Assembly: GCA_965223415.1 (NCBI GenBank) | Contig: OZ245002.1 | Location: 3,776,001-3,840,000, forward strand | DNA length: 64,000 bases | From: Myxococcota bacterium | Lineage (GTDB): Bacteria; Myxococcota_A; UBA9160; UBA6930 | Direction of reading: 5' to 3' | Shown: positions 56,626 through 64,000 of the stretch, one piece after another | How positions within the stretch are numbered: position 1 is the stretch's first letter | Layout: every line of letters begins with the position of its first letter | The notes under the pieces: generated by a model | What the model was told of the DNA's origin: nothing | The model's input: only the letters and a program-made list of their open reading frames with translations | Database searches by the model: none | Position numbers and translations under genes: made by a program

Positions 56626-57635
56626 GTTCCCCCCTCACCGCCGCGGAGGGCGGCCTCGATCTCCCGGCCGAGCTCCTCGCCGAGGGCGAATCCCGAGCGA
56701 TCCGCCGCCGCCGCCAGTCGGGTGGCCAACGCTTCCTCCCCGCCCCACACGGCCAGGCCGTGGCTGCCGTAGCGGTGGAGCAGGCTGGTGCGCACCCCGG
56801 CGTCCCGCCCGCGCCGCCGACGCGCCTCGAGCTCCCGCGGTCGCAGGCTCTCGAGGTGGCTCTCCAGGGCCGCGTCGAGCTCGTCCATCCCCGAGCCGTC
56901 CCGGGCGGAGACGAGGACCACCGGAGGCCGCCACTCGCTCGCCCGTTCGCCGAGGCCCAGTCCCGCCGTCAGCTCGTGTGCGGTCCGCTCGGCCACCGGG
57001 CCGAGGTCTGCCTTGTTCACGGCCAGCACGTCGGGCAGCTCGAGGATGCCCGCCTTCATGAACTGCAGCAGGTCGCCGGCGCCGGGCTGGGCGAGGTAGA
57101 CCAGGGTGTCCGCCAGATCGGCCACTTCGCCTTCGCTCTGCCCGACGCCCACGGTTTCGACCAGCACCACGTCGAAGGCGGCCGCCAGGACCGTCACGCT
57201 GGCGCGGGCCGCTTCGGCGAGCCCGCCCAGCCGGTCTCGGGCGGCCATGGAGCGGAAGAAGACGCCCGGGTCCGCCGCCCCCGAACGCACGCGCATGCGA
57301 TCGCCGAGCAGCGCGCCGCCGGTGCGGCGGCTCGAGGGATCGACGGCCACCACCCCGACGGTCTGCTCCCGCCCGCGGAGGCGGCGCACCAACGCGTCGA
57401 GCAGCGTCGACTTCCCCGCGCCCGGCGCGCCGGTGAGGCCGATGCGCCGGGCCCCGCCCAGCAGCACCTTCTCCTCGAGGGCGGCGAGGAGTGCTGTCGC
57501 CTGGCGGCGCGCCTGCGGCCGGCCGTCGTCCACCAGGTTGAGGGCCGGGGCCACCGCCGAGCGGTCCCGTGCGAGCAGGCGCTCCGCGAGCTCCGGACGA
57601 GCCGCGTTCGGCTCCTCCCCGGCCCCCTCAGCCAA
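56622..57635 (-). CDS. meaB: MeaB/ArgK mutase-associated GTPase
   Basis: GAPGAGKST, VDPSS..GGALLGDR.R, ETVGVGQSE, NKAD. Confidence 0.93.
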   Translation of the reverse strand: MAEGAGEEPNAARPELAERLLARDRSAVAPALNLVDDGRPQARRQATALLAALEEKVLLGGARRIGLTGAPGAGKSTLLDALVRRLRGREQTVGVVAVDPSSRRTGGALLGDRMRVRSGAADPGVFFRSMAARDRLGGLAEAARASVTVLAAAFDVVLVETVGVGQSEGEVADLADTLVYLAQPGAGDLLQFMKAGILELPDVLAVNKADLGPVAERTAHELTAGLGLGERASEWRPPVVLVSARDGSGMDELDAALESHLESLRPRELEARRRRGRDAGVRTSLLHRYGSHGLAVWGGEEALATRLAAAADRSGFALGEELGREIEAALRGGEGGT

Positions 57636-59604
57636 GGGCGCCGCCCGCCTCCACCACGTCGACGATCTCGTCCATGATGCGGGTGAGGTCGAAGTCCTTC
57701 GGCGTGTAGACGCGCTCGACACTGGCGGCGCGCAGGGCGTCGGCATCGTCGTCGGGGATGATGCCGCCGACCACGACCGGAACGGCGAGGCCCTCCGCCC
57801 GCAGCCCCTCGAGGACGTCGAGCACCAGCACCTGATGGGAGCCGGACAGGATCGAGAGGCCGATCACGTGCACCCCCTCGTCGCGGGCCGACTGCACGAT
57901 CTCCTCCGGGGTCAGGCGGATGCCGTCGTAGACGACCTCCATGCCCACGTCGCGGGCCTTCACGGCGATCTGCTCGGCGCCATTGCTGTGGCCGTCGAGG
58001 CCGGGCTTGCCGACCAGGATCTTGAGCGGGCGCCCGAGCTTCTCCCCACAGGCGCGGACGCGCTTCCGGACCTTCTCGTTGGCTTCGTCCGCCACCTGGG
58101 ACTCCCTCGCCACCACGCCGGTGGGGGCGCGGTACTCGCCGAAGAGCTTGCGGAGCGTGTCCGCCCACTGGCCGGTGGTCACCCCCGCATGGGCCGCGCG
58201 GATCGACGGCGGCATCACGTTCTCGCCGTTCGCCAGAGCGTCGCGCAAGCCCTGGAGCGCGGCTTCCACCTCGGCCTCGTTGCGCTTCGCCCGGAACGCG
58301 TTCAGCCGCTCGACCTGCTCGCGCTCCGCCGAGTCGTCCACCTTGAGGATGGCCGTGTCGTCGTCGCCGACCAGGGGCGAGGGCTCGGTCTCGGTGTAGA
58401 CGTTCACGCCGATCACCGGAAGCTCGCCGCTCTCGATCGCGCGCACGCGGGCGGTGTGGGACTCGACCAGACGCTGCTTCATGTAGGCGTTCTCGACGGC
58501 CGCCACGGCCCCGCCCAGGGCGAGCACCCGGTCGAGCTCCTCCTGGGCCGCCTTCTTCAGCTCCTCCACCTTCGCTTCGACGACGTGGGAGCCGTCGAGC
58601 AGGTCCGGGTACTCGAGCAGATCCGTCTCGTAGGCGAGGATCTGCTGGATGCGCAGGGACCACTGCTGGTCCCAGGGCCGCGGCAGCCCCAGCGCCTCGT
58701 TCCAGGCCGGGAGCTGGAGCGCCCGACAGCGGGCCTTCTTCGAGAAGGTGACCCCGAGCGCTTCGAGCACGATGCGCACCACGTTGTTCTCGGGCTGGGC
58801 CTCCGTGAGCCCGAGGCTGTTCACCTGCACGCCGTAGCGGAAGCGGCGGAGCTTCGGATCCTTCACGCCGTAGCGGTCGCGGCCGAGCTCGTCCCACAGC
58901 TCGGTCATCGCCCGGCCCTTGCAGATCTCCTCGACGAAGCGGATGCCCGCGTTCAGGAAGAAGGAGATGCGGCCGAACACCTCGGGGATCACGTCGTCGG
59001 GAACGTCCTCCCGTGCCTTCACCGCATCGAGGACGGCGATCGCGTTGGCCAGAGCGAAGGCGATCTCCTGGACCGGCGTCGCCCCCGCTTCCTGCAGGTG
59101 ATAGGAGCAGATGTTGATCGGGTTCCACTTCGGGATGGCGTGGACCGTGTGGGCGACCATGTCGCTGATCAGCCGCATGGAGGGCTCGGGCGGGAAGACG
59201 TAGGTGCCCCGGGAGAGATACTCCTTGATCAGATCGTTCTGGGTGGTGCCGCGCAGTCGGTCCGCCGCCACCCCCTGCCGCTCGGCGGCGGCCACGTAGA
59301 GCGCCAGCAGCCAGGCGGCCGTGGCGTTGATCGTCATCGAGGTGTTCATCCGGTCGAGGGGGATCTCCCGGAACAGCACCTCCATGTCGCCCAGGTGCCC
59401 GATCGGCACGCCGACCTTGCCGACCTCGCCGCGGGCGAGCGGGTGGTCCGCGTCGTAGCCCGTCTGGGTCGGCAAGTCGAAGGCGACGGACAGGCCGGTC
59501 TGGCCTTTCGCCAGGTTGGTGCGGTAGAGGGCGTTGCTGGCTTCGGCCGAGGAGTGGCCGGAGTAGGTGCGGAACACCCAGGGGCGGTCGCGTTCGGCGG
59601 CCAT
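57628..59604 (-). CDS. meaA: B12-dependent ethylmalonyl-CoA mutase (MeaA/Ecm)
   Basis: RTYSGHS, GQTGLSVAFDLPTQTGYD, NICSYHLQEAG, C-terminal B12-binding GLDGHSNG. Confidence 0.9.
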   Translation of the reverse strand: MAAERDRPWVFRTYSGHSSAEASNALYRTNLAKGQTGLSVAFDLPTQTGYDADHPLARGEVGKVGVPIGHLGDMEVLFREIPLDRMNTSMTINATAAWLLALYVAAAERQGVAADRLRGTTQNDLIKEYLSRGTYVFPPEPSMRLISDMVAHTVHAIPKWNPINICSYHLQEAGATPVQEIAFALANAIAVLDAVKAREDVPDDVIPEVFGRISFFLNAGIRFVEEICKGRAMTELWDELGRDRYGVKDPKLRRFRYGVQVNSLGLTEAQPENNVVRIVLEALGVTFSKKARCRALQLPAWNEALGLPRPWDQQWSLRIQQILAYETDLLEYPDLLDGSHVVEAKVEELKKAAQEELDRVLALGGAVAAVENAYMKQRLVESHTARVRAIESGELPVIGVNVYTETEPSPLVGDDDTAILKVDDSAEREQVERLNAFRAKRNEAEVEAALQGLRDALANGENVMPPSIRAAHAGVTTGQWADTLRKLFGEYRAPTGVVARESQVADEANEKVRKRVRACGEKLGRPLKILVGKPGLDGHSNGAEQIAVKARDVGMEVVYDGIRLTPEEIVQSARDEGVHVIGLSILSGSHQVLVLDVLEGLRAEGLAVPVVVGGIIPDDDADALRAASVERVYTPKDFDLTRIMDEIVDVVEAGGALG

Positions 59605-59654
59605 GGAGGACTCCCGTGGCTCGGGCCCGGCCCGGACCCAAGTGCCCGGAAATC

Positions 59655-59694
59655 CTAACGAAACACCCCCGGGGGCACCAGCCGCCGGGGGTGT
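59655..59694 (-). terminator. Putative intrinsic terminator after the PEP-CTERM genes
   Basis: 10-bp stem ACACCCCCGG/CCGGGGGTGT followed on the minus strand by TTCGTT. Confidence 0.45.
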
Positions 59695-59715
59695 CGAAGG
59701 TCGATCGAGTCGCTG

Positions 59716-60387
59716 TCAGGCTCTTCGGCGGGCCCTCGTCGCCGCGAGTCCCAGCGCCACCAGGAGGGCCAGCTCCGGCTCCGGCACCGCATTCAGGTTG
59801 GCGGTGATGCGAAACTCGAGCGGGCTTCCGACTGTGCTGGTGAAGTCGAGCTGGATCCCACACTGGCCCGGAATGGTGCAGTTGAGGGCCGAGAGAGACA
59901 CCGTCTCGCTGAGGCCCATCGGTCCGACGACCGTACTGCCGCCGAGCAGGCCCTCGACCGTGCCCGTCAGCGTCGCCGTGGCGGCCGGGGGGATCTGGGA
60001 GACCAGCGTGAGCCCCGGCAGCACGGTCTCCGTCACCGTGATTCCGGTGAAGGTGACCATCAGCCCGCTCAGCACGATCTCGTCGACGCCGCCCAGGCCG
60101 GGGCCCGTCAGGGTCAGGGTCGGGATCGACAGGCTCAGCGTCCCCGTGGTGCCTCCGACGACGGAGAGCGAGCCGCTGGCCAGCTCGAGCGAGAGATTGT
60201 CGAAGTCCGGGGTGCCTCCGAGGCACGTAGCGACCGAGGTGCAGGCAACCGCATTGCCCGCGAGGATGCCCGTTCCACCGCTGCTCGACAGCGTGTAGGT
60301 CGTGGCACCCATCGAGCTGGCGGCCAGGATGAGGCCGAGGGAAAGGATTCCAGCGCGGAGGCTGCGGTCGACGCTGCTGCGATCCAT
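59716..60387 (-). CDS. PEP-CTERM surface protein 1
   Basis: Signal peptide; Ser/Thr/Gly-rich; VPEP + TM + RARRRA. Confidence 0.85.
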   Translation of the reverse strand: MDRSSVDRSLRAGILSLGLILAASSMGATTYTLSSSGGTGILAGNAVACTSVATCLGGTPDFDNLSLELASGSLSVVGGTTGTLSLSIPTLTLTGPGLGGVDEIVLSGLMVTFTGITVTETVLPGLTLVSQIPPAATATLTGTVEGLLGGSTVVGPMGLSETVSLSALNCTIPGQCGIQLDFTSTVGSPLEFRITANLNAVPEPELALLVALGLAATRARRRA

Positions 60388-60469
60388 ATCGGCTAGCTCC
60401 CCAACAGGAATGGATGGAGTGATTCCCCGTCGTTTCACGCGTTCGTTGTAAACCCTGTTGAACGACGGA

Positions 60470-61141
60470 TCAAGAGAAGATGCGACGCCTCCGCACGGCG
60501 CAGGCCATGCCGACGGTGAGCAACAGTGCCATGCTCGGCTCCGGCACGCCGAAGAACGTGATGTCGGCCTTCACGATCAGGTCCTCGGTCTCGCCCGGAG
60601 CCAGGGAAGCGTCGATCAGGACGAACGTCACCCCGGTGAGGGTGAGCGCGCCCGTCGTCAGGTCGAAGGTGCCGGTGATAGGCGCGATCGTCGTCGTGCT
60701 GAACGGAATCGTGCCGATCGGTGAGCCGCCAGAGTACGACGTGGCCGACCCACTCACGTCCAGCGGGCCAGCGCTGAACGTGAAGGAGGTCGGGCCTCCC
60801 GCCACCGTTTGCGTGAATCCGGCGTTCGGCACGATCGAGAAGCTGTCGAGCGTGAAGGCATCGGCGCCCCCGTAGGGGGAGCTCAGCGTGATCAAGGCCG
60901 ACGGGCCGCCCGTGATGTCGATGCCGTCGATCGACGGCGCCATGTCGTCGAAGATGATGAAGTTCCCGGTGAGCGGGATGCCGGTATGGGAAAAGAGCGT
61001 CGACCCGCCGACGGTTCCTGTGACGTCGACGTCCCCGCTCGAGAAGGTGTACGTGACCGCGGTCGCGGTGCTGGCGGCCGGCAACAGAAGGCCCAGCAAC
61101 AGAACCAGGGCTGCTCTTCGGTTGAACCACTTGGCGCGCAT
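60470..61141 (-). CDS. PEP-CTERM surface protein 2
   Basis: Signal peptide; GVPEPS + TM + RRRR. Confidence 0.88.
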   Translation of the reverse strand: MRAKWFNRRAALVLLLGLLLPAASTATAVTYTFSSGDVDVTGTVGGSTLFSHTGIPLTGNFIIFDDMAPSIDGIDITGGPSALITLSSPYGGADAFTLDSFSIVPNAGFTQTVAGGPTSFTFSAGPLDVSGSATSYSGGSPIGTIPFSTTTIAPITGTFDLTTGALTLTGVTFVLIDASLAPGETEDLIVKADITFFGVPEPSMALLLTVGMACAVRRRRIFS

Positions 61142-61241
61142 CCTCGTACTCCCCTTCCCAGGCCCCCGGCTGGCCGGGGGTCGCAAAATCCACTTCCCCT
61201 GGCCAACGGGGGCGAAAGCCAAACTTCCCGCCCCGGGCTTA

Positions 61242-61257
61242 AGCAAGCCCGGTGCCA
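61242..61257 (-). promoter_or_regulatory. Sigma-54 (-24/-12) promoter
   Basis: Minus strand TGGCAC-CGGGC-TTGCT, an exact consensus match. Confidence 0.85.
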
Positions 61258-61352
61258 CCTTCAGGGAGCGCGAGTCCGTGGTCTAACCACCTGTCTTCGC
61301 AAAGGAAACCGAGCCGCCCCGCAGGCCGCGCACACAGCCGGCCCAAGAATCG

Positions 61353-61388
61353 GGAAAACCGTTTCCGCAATCGGGGAAGCGATGTTCC
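61353..61388. promoter_or_regulatory. Tandem GGAA-N6-TTCC boxes (candidate enhancer)
   Basis: GGAA AACCGT TTCC-N8-GGAA GCGATG TTCC. Confidence 0.6.
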
Positions 61389-61456
61389 CAAGAACGCAGG
61401 AGCTTCGCCCCGGGGGACCCGGCACGAGGCTCCTTGGATCCAGGCTGGAAGCCGGG

Positions 61457-62092
61457 TCAGCTCCGGATACGCCCCCGAGCCGCGAGGGCCGCGAGGCCCA
61501 GCCCGACGAGAGCCAGCGTGGACGCCTCGGGCACGCCGACGAAGGAGATGCTCTTGAACACGGTGATCTTCTTCCCGCCGTGGAAGAAGTGGAACATCTC
61601 CTCCTTGGCGGCCGTGATCGTGGCCGTGTCGCCGACCACGGTCACGGTGCCGCTCGCCGACGGAACCGTGGAGACGACGTTGAGCGGTCCGAGGTCCCCA
61701 AGAAGGCCTCCGGTGAGGCTCACCATGGCGTCCACGTCGAAGGCGCCTCCCGCCCAGTCCCAGGCGCCGGCGCCCGTGGGCGTGGCGGGCGCCGAGAAGC
61801 CCGGCGCGCTGGTCACGGTGACGTCGATGTCGAGGATGCCGAGCAGGAGCCCGAGGTCGATCGAGTCGCTCACGTCCCACATCACGTCGGTGACGGCCGG
61901 GATCATGTCGTCGAAGGTCGTCGACGTGCCCACGAGGGGCGCCGTGGTGCTCAAGACCGTGGATCCGTCGACGTCGATCTCGAGCAGGGCCGAGCCGCTC
62001 ACGAAGTCGTACGTGATCGGCGAGGCCGCCGCGGGGGAGCCGGCGAGGCACGGCAGCGCGAAGCCGAGGAGGAAGGCCTGAAGGGTACGCAT
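61457..62092 (-). CDS. PEP-CTERM surface protein 3 (VPEA variant)
   Basis: Signal peptide; GVPEASTLALVGLGLAALAARGR. Confidence 0.85.
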   Translation of the reverse strand: MRTLQAFLLGFALPCLAGSPAAASPITYDFVSGSALLEIDVDGSTVLSTTAPLVGTSTTFDDMIPAVTDVMWDVSDSIDLGLLLGILDIDVTVTSAPGFSAPATPTGAGAWDWAGGAFDVDAMVSLTGGLLGDLGPLNVVSTVPSASGTVTVVGDTATITAAKEEMFHFFHGGKKITVFKSISFVGVPEASTLALVGLGLAALAARGRIRS

Positions 62093-62122
62093 GGGGTTCC
62101 CCCTCATCCTGGGCCATGAGAA

Positions 62123-62138
62123 AGCAAGTCGCATGCCG
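62123..62138 (-). promoter_or_regulatory. Sigma-54 (-24/-12) promoter
   Basis: Minus strand CGGCAT-GCGAC-TTGCT. Confidence 0.75.
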
Positions 62139-62201
62139 CTCGGGTTCGCTCTCCAACCGACTGGAAATGCAGCGCCTTTGATCGGGCCGGAAGCCTGAAA
62201 T

Positions 62202-62238
62202 GGAACTTCGGTTCCATTTTTTGTGGAACGACTTTTCC
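62202..62238. promoter_or_regulatory. Tandem GGAA-N6-TTCC boxes (candidate enhancer)
   Basis: GGAA CTTCGG TTCC-N9-GGAA CGACTT TTCC. Confidence 0.6.
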
Positions 62239-62263
62239 CTCCGCCCTGTGCAATGATCCGTCT

Positions 62264-63142
62264 GTGCTGCGTGCCCTCGATCACGTGATCCTGGCCGTGG
62301 AGGATCTTCCCGCCGCGACCCGCAGCTACGTCCGCTTGCTGGGCCGCACGCCGTCCTGGCGGGGAGAGCATCCCGCCATGGGCACCGCCAACGCCTTGTT
62401 CCGCCTCTCGAACATGTACCTGGAGCTGCTGGCCCCGGAGGGAGAGGGCCCGGTCGCGGACATGCTGCGCCGGCGGATCGCCGAGCACGGCGAGGGGCCG
62501 GCGGGCCTGGCCTTCCGCACCGATGACGCGGCCGCGTGCCACGACGCATGGGCGAAGGCCGGGCTCCACCCGGCCGAGCCCGCACCCGGCCTCGGCCGCG
62601 ATGTCGAGTCCGGCGCCTTTCGCGAGTGGAGCAACGTGCACCTGCCGCCGGAGGACACGCGCGGGGTGCTCCTCTTCGCCATCGAGCACCGCACGCCGGA
62701 CGACGTGCTCAGCGAAGCACGCCCCATGGCCGACGAGGCCGCCTGCATCGGCGGGCTCGACCACGCGGTCGTCCAGACCCGCGATCCCGAGGCGGCCATC
62801 CATCTCTACGGCGAGCAGCTCGGCCTTCGCCTCGGCCTCGACCGGGAGTTTCCCCAGTGGGGGTCCCGACTGATCTTCTTCCGCGTCGGCGGCGTCACCG
62901 TCGAGATCGCCGCCCGGCTGAAGGAGGACGGTGAGGCGTCGGCCTCCCGGGACCGGGACTGGCTGTGGGGGCTCTCCTGGAGAGTGAGCGACGCGGACGC
63001 CGCCCGGGCGCGCATGGCCGAGGCCGGCCTCGATGTCTCCGACGTGCGCGATGGCCGCAAGCCTGGCACGAAGGTGTTCACGGTACGTGGGCCGACCCAC
63101 GGGGTACCGACCCTGGTGAAGCAACCCGCCCCGCGGGATTGA
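62264..63142 (+). CDS. VOC/glyoxalase-like protein (two domains)
   Basis: LDHVILAVEDL...YLELL; second repeat LDHAVVQTRD...VEI. Confidence 0.85.
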   Translation: MLRALDHVILAVEDLPAATRSYVRLLGRTPSWRGEHPAMGTANALFRLSNMYLELLAPEGEGPVADMLRRRIAEHGEGPAGLAFRTDDAAACHDAWAKAGLHPAEPAPGLGRDVESGAFREWSNVHLPPEDTRGVLLFAIEHRTPDDVLSEARPMADEAACIGGLDHAVVQTRDPEAAIHLYGEQLGLRLGLDREFPQWGSRLIFFRVGGVTVEIAARLKEDGEASASRDRDWLWGLSWRVSDADAARARMAEAGLDVSDVRDGRKPGTKVFTVRGPTHGVPTLVKQPAPRD

Positions 63143-63184
63143 GTCGAGCTTGACAAATCCCCGCTGGGACGGAGCTTTTCACCC

Positions 63185-64000
63185 ATGGCGCAAACGCACG
63201 ATGGCCTGCCGGGCGATCTCGAAGGCGCGATCCTCGAGCTGAAGGAGCGGCAGAACGCCGTCGTCCTCGCGCACTACTACCAGGAAGACGAGGTCCAGGA
63301 CCTGGCGGACTTCGTCGGCGATTCCCTGGCGCTCGCCCAGGCCGCCTCCCGGGTCGACAAGGACGTCATCGTCTTCTGCGGCGTCCACTTCATGGCGGAG
63401 ACGGCGAAGATCCTGAACCCGGATCGCAAGGTCGTCGTCCCCGACCTCGCGGCCGGCTGCTCCCTGGCCGACGGCTGTCCGCCGGACGAGTTCCAGGAGT
63501 TCATCGACCAGCACCCCGGTGCGAAGGTGCTCTCCTACATCAACTGCTCTGCCCAGGTGAAGGCGATGAGCGATCTCATCTGCACCTCGTCGAACGCGGT
63601 GAAGATGGCCCGCGAGTTCGCCGGCCAGCCCCTGATCGTGGCGCCGGATCGCCACCTGGCCCGCTGGATCGGCCAGCAGGCGAACCGGGACGACCTGATC
63701 GTCTGGCAGGGCGCCTGCATCGTGCACGAGCAGTTCAGCGCCAAGGAGCTGGCCAAGCTGAAGGTGCGTCACCCGGACGCCGAGGTGCTCGCCCATCCCG
63801 AGTGCGAGGCGTCGGTGCTCGACCAGGCGGACTTCATCGCGTCCACCTCGGGCATCATCGCCCGCGCCGTCGAGTCGCCGGCGGAGATCCTCGTCATCGC
63901 CACCGAGGACGGCGTCTTCCACCAGATCGAGAAGAAGCTCGAGGCCGAGGGCAAGAAGAAGACCCTCATCCAGGCCCCGGGCATGGACGAGAGCTGCGCC
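63185..64000 (+). CDS. nadA: Quinolinate synthase (runs off the window end)
   Basis: Own translation: LAHYYQ, DFVGDSL, FCGVHFMAETAKILNP, AGCSLAD, YINCS, CIVHE, AHPEC. Confidence 0.95.
   Translation, partial: MAQTHDGLPGDLEGAILELKERQNAVVLAHYYQEDEVQDLADFVGDSLALAQAASRVDKDVIVFCGVHFMAETAKILNPDRKVVVPDLAAGCSLADGCPPDEFQEFIDQHPGAKVLSYINCSAQVKAMSDLICTSSNAVKMAREFAGQPLIVAPDRHLARWIGQQANRDDLIVWQGACIVHEQFSAKELAKLKVRHPDAEVLAHPECEASVLDQADFIASTSGIIARAVESPAEILVIATEDGVFHQIEKKLEAEGKKKTLIQAPGMDESCA

Noticed and set aside
59605..59715. Cobalamin riboswitch upstream of meaA
   Set aside because: Region is only about 110 nt, has no recognisable B12-box, and is explained by a terminator-like hairpin
63143..63184. NAD-regulator operator upstream of nadA (GTCGAGCTTGAC)
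   Set aside because: Short imperfect palindrome overlapping a TTGACA; too weak to call in GC-rich DNA
1..64000. tRNA, rRNA, transposase, integrase or prophage genes
   Set aside because: Intergenic gaps are short and showed no tRNA-like motifs; no ORF has transposase, recombinase or phage motifs

Overview
A very GC-rich bacterial chromosomal segment with about 61 densely packed CDSs. Gene content (DUF3604 paralogs, vWA proteins, PEP-CTERM genes, sigma-54 promoters) is compatible with a Myxococcota-like organism, but this is inference. Most genes are housekeeping or metabolic: gdhA, lhr, gltA, csoR-copA, efp, etfBA, cysE, meaA(ecm)-meaB, a PduO-type adenosyltransferase and nadA. I found no rRNA, tRNA, CRISPR array, transposase or integrase. 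The strongest unexplained signals are non-coding. (1) A putative translational attenuator with a 3-codon uORF (MRL*) sits in front of an ABC-F ATPase, and the uORF ribosome-binding region is complementary to the ABC-F ribosome-binding region. (2) Three PEP-CTERM genes have two sigma-54 promoters, each preceded by the same tandem GGAA-N6-TTCC boxes. (3) Two families of AT-richer REP-like palindromes start at gene stop codons. Also notable are a secreted beta-helix protein with two CXXCH motifs, an efp-WYL gene pair, a TetR/di-iron operon with clear operators, and several apparent pseudo-enzymes. All product calls come from reading motifs by eye; no database searches were run.
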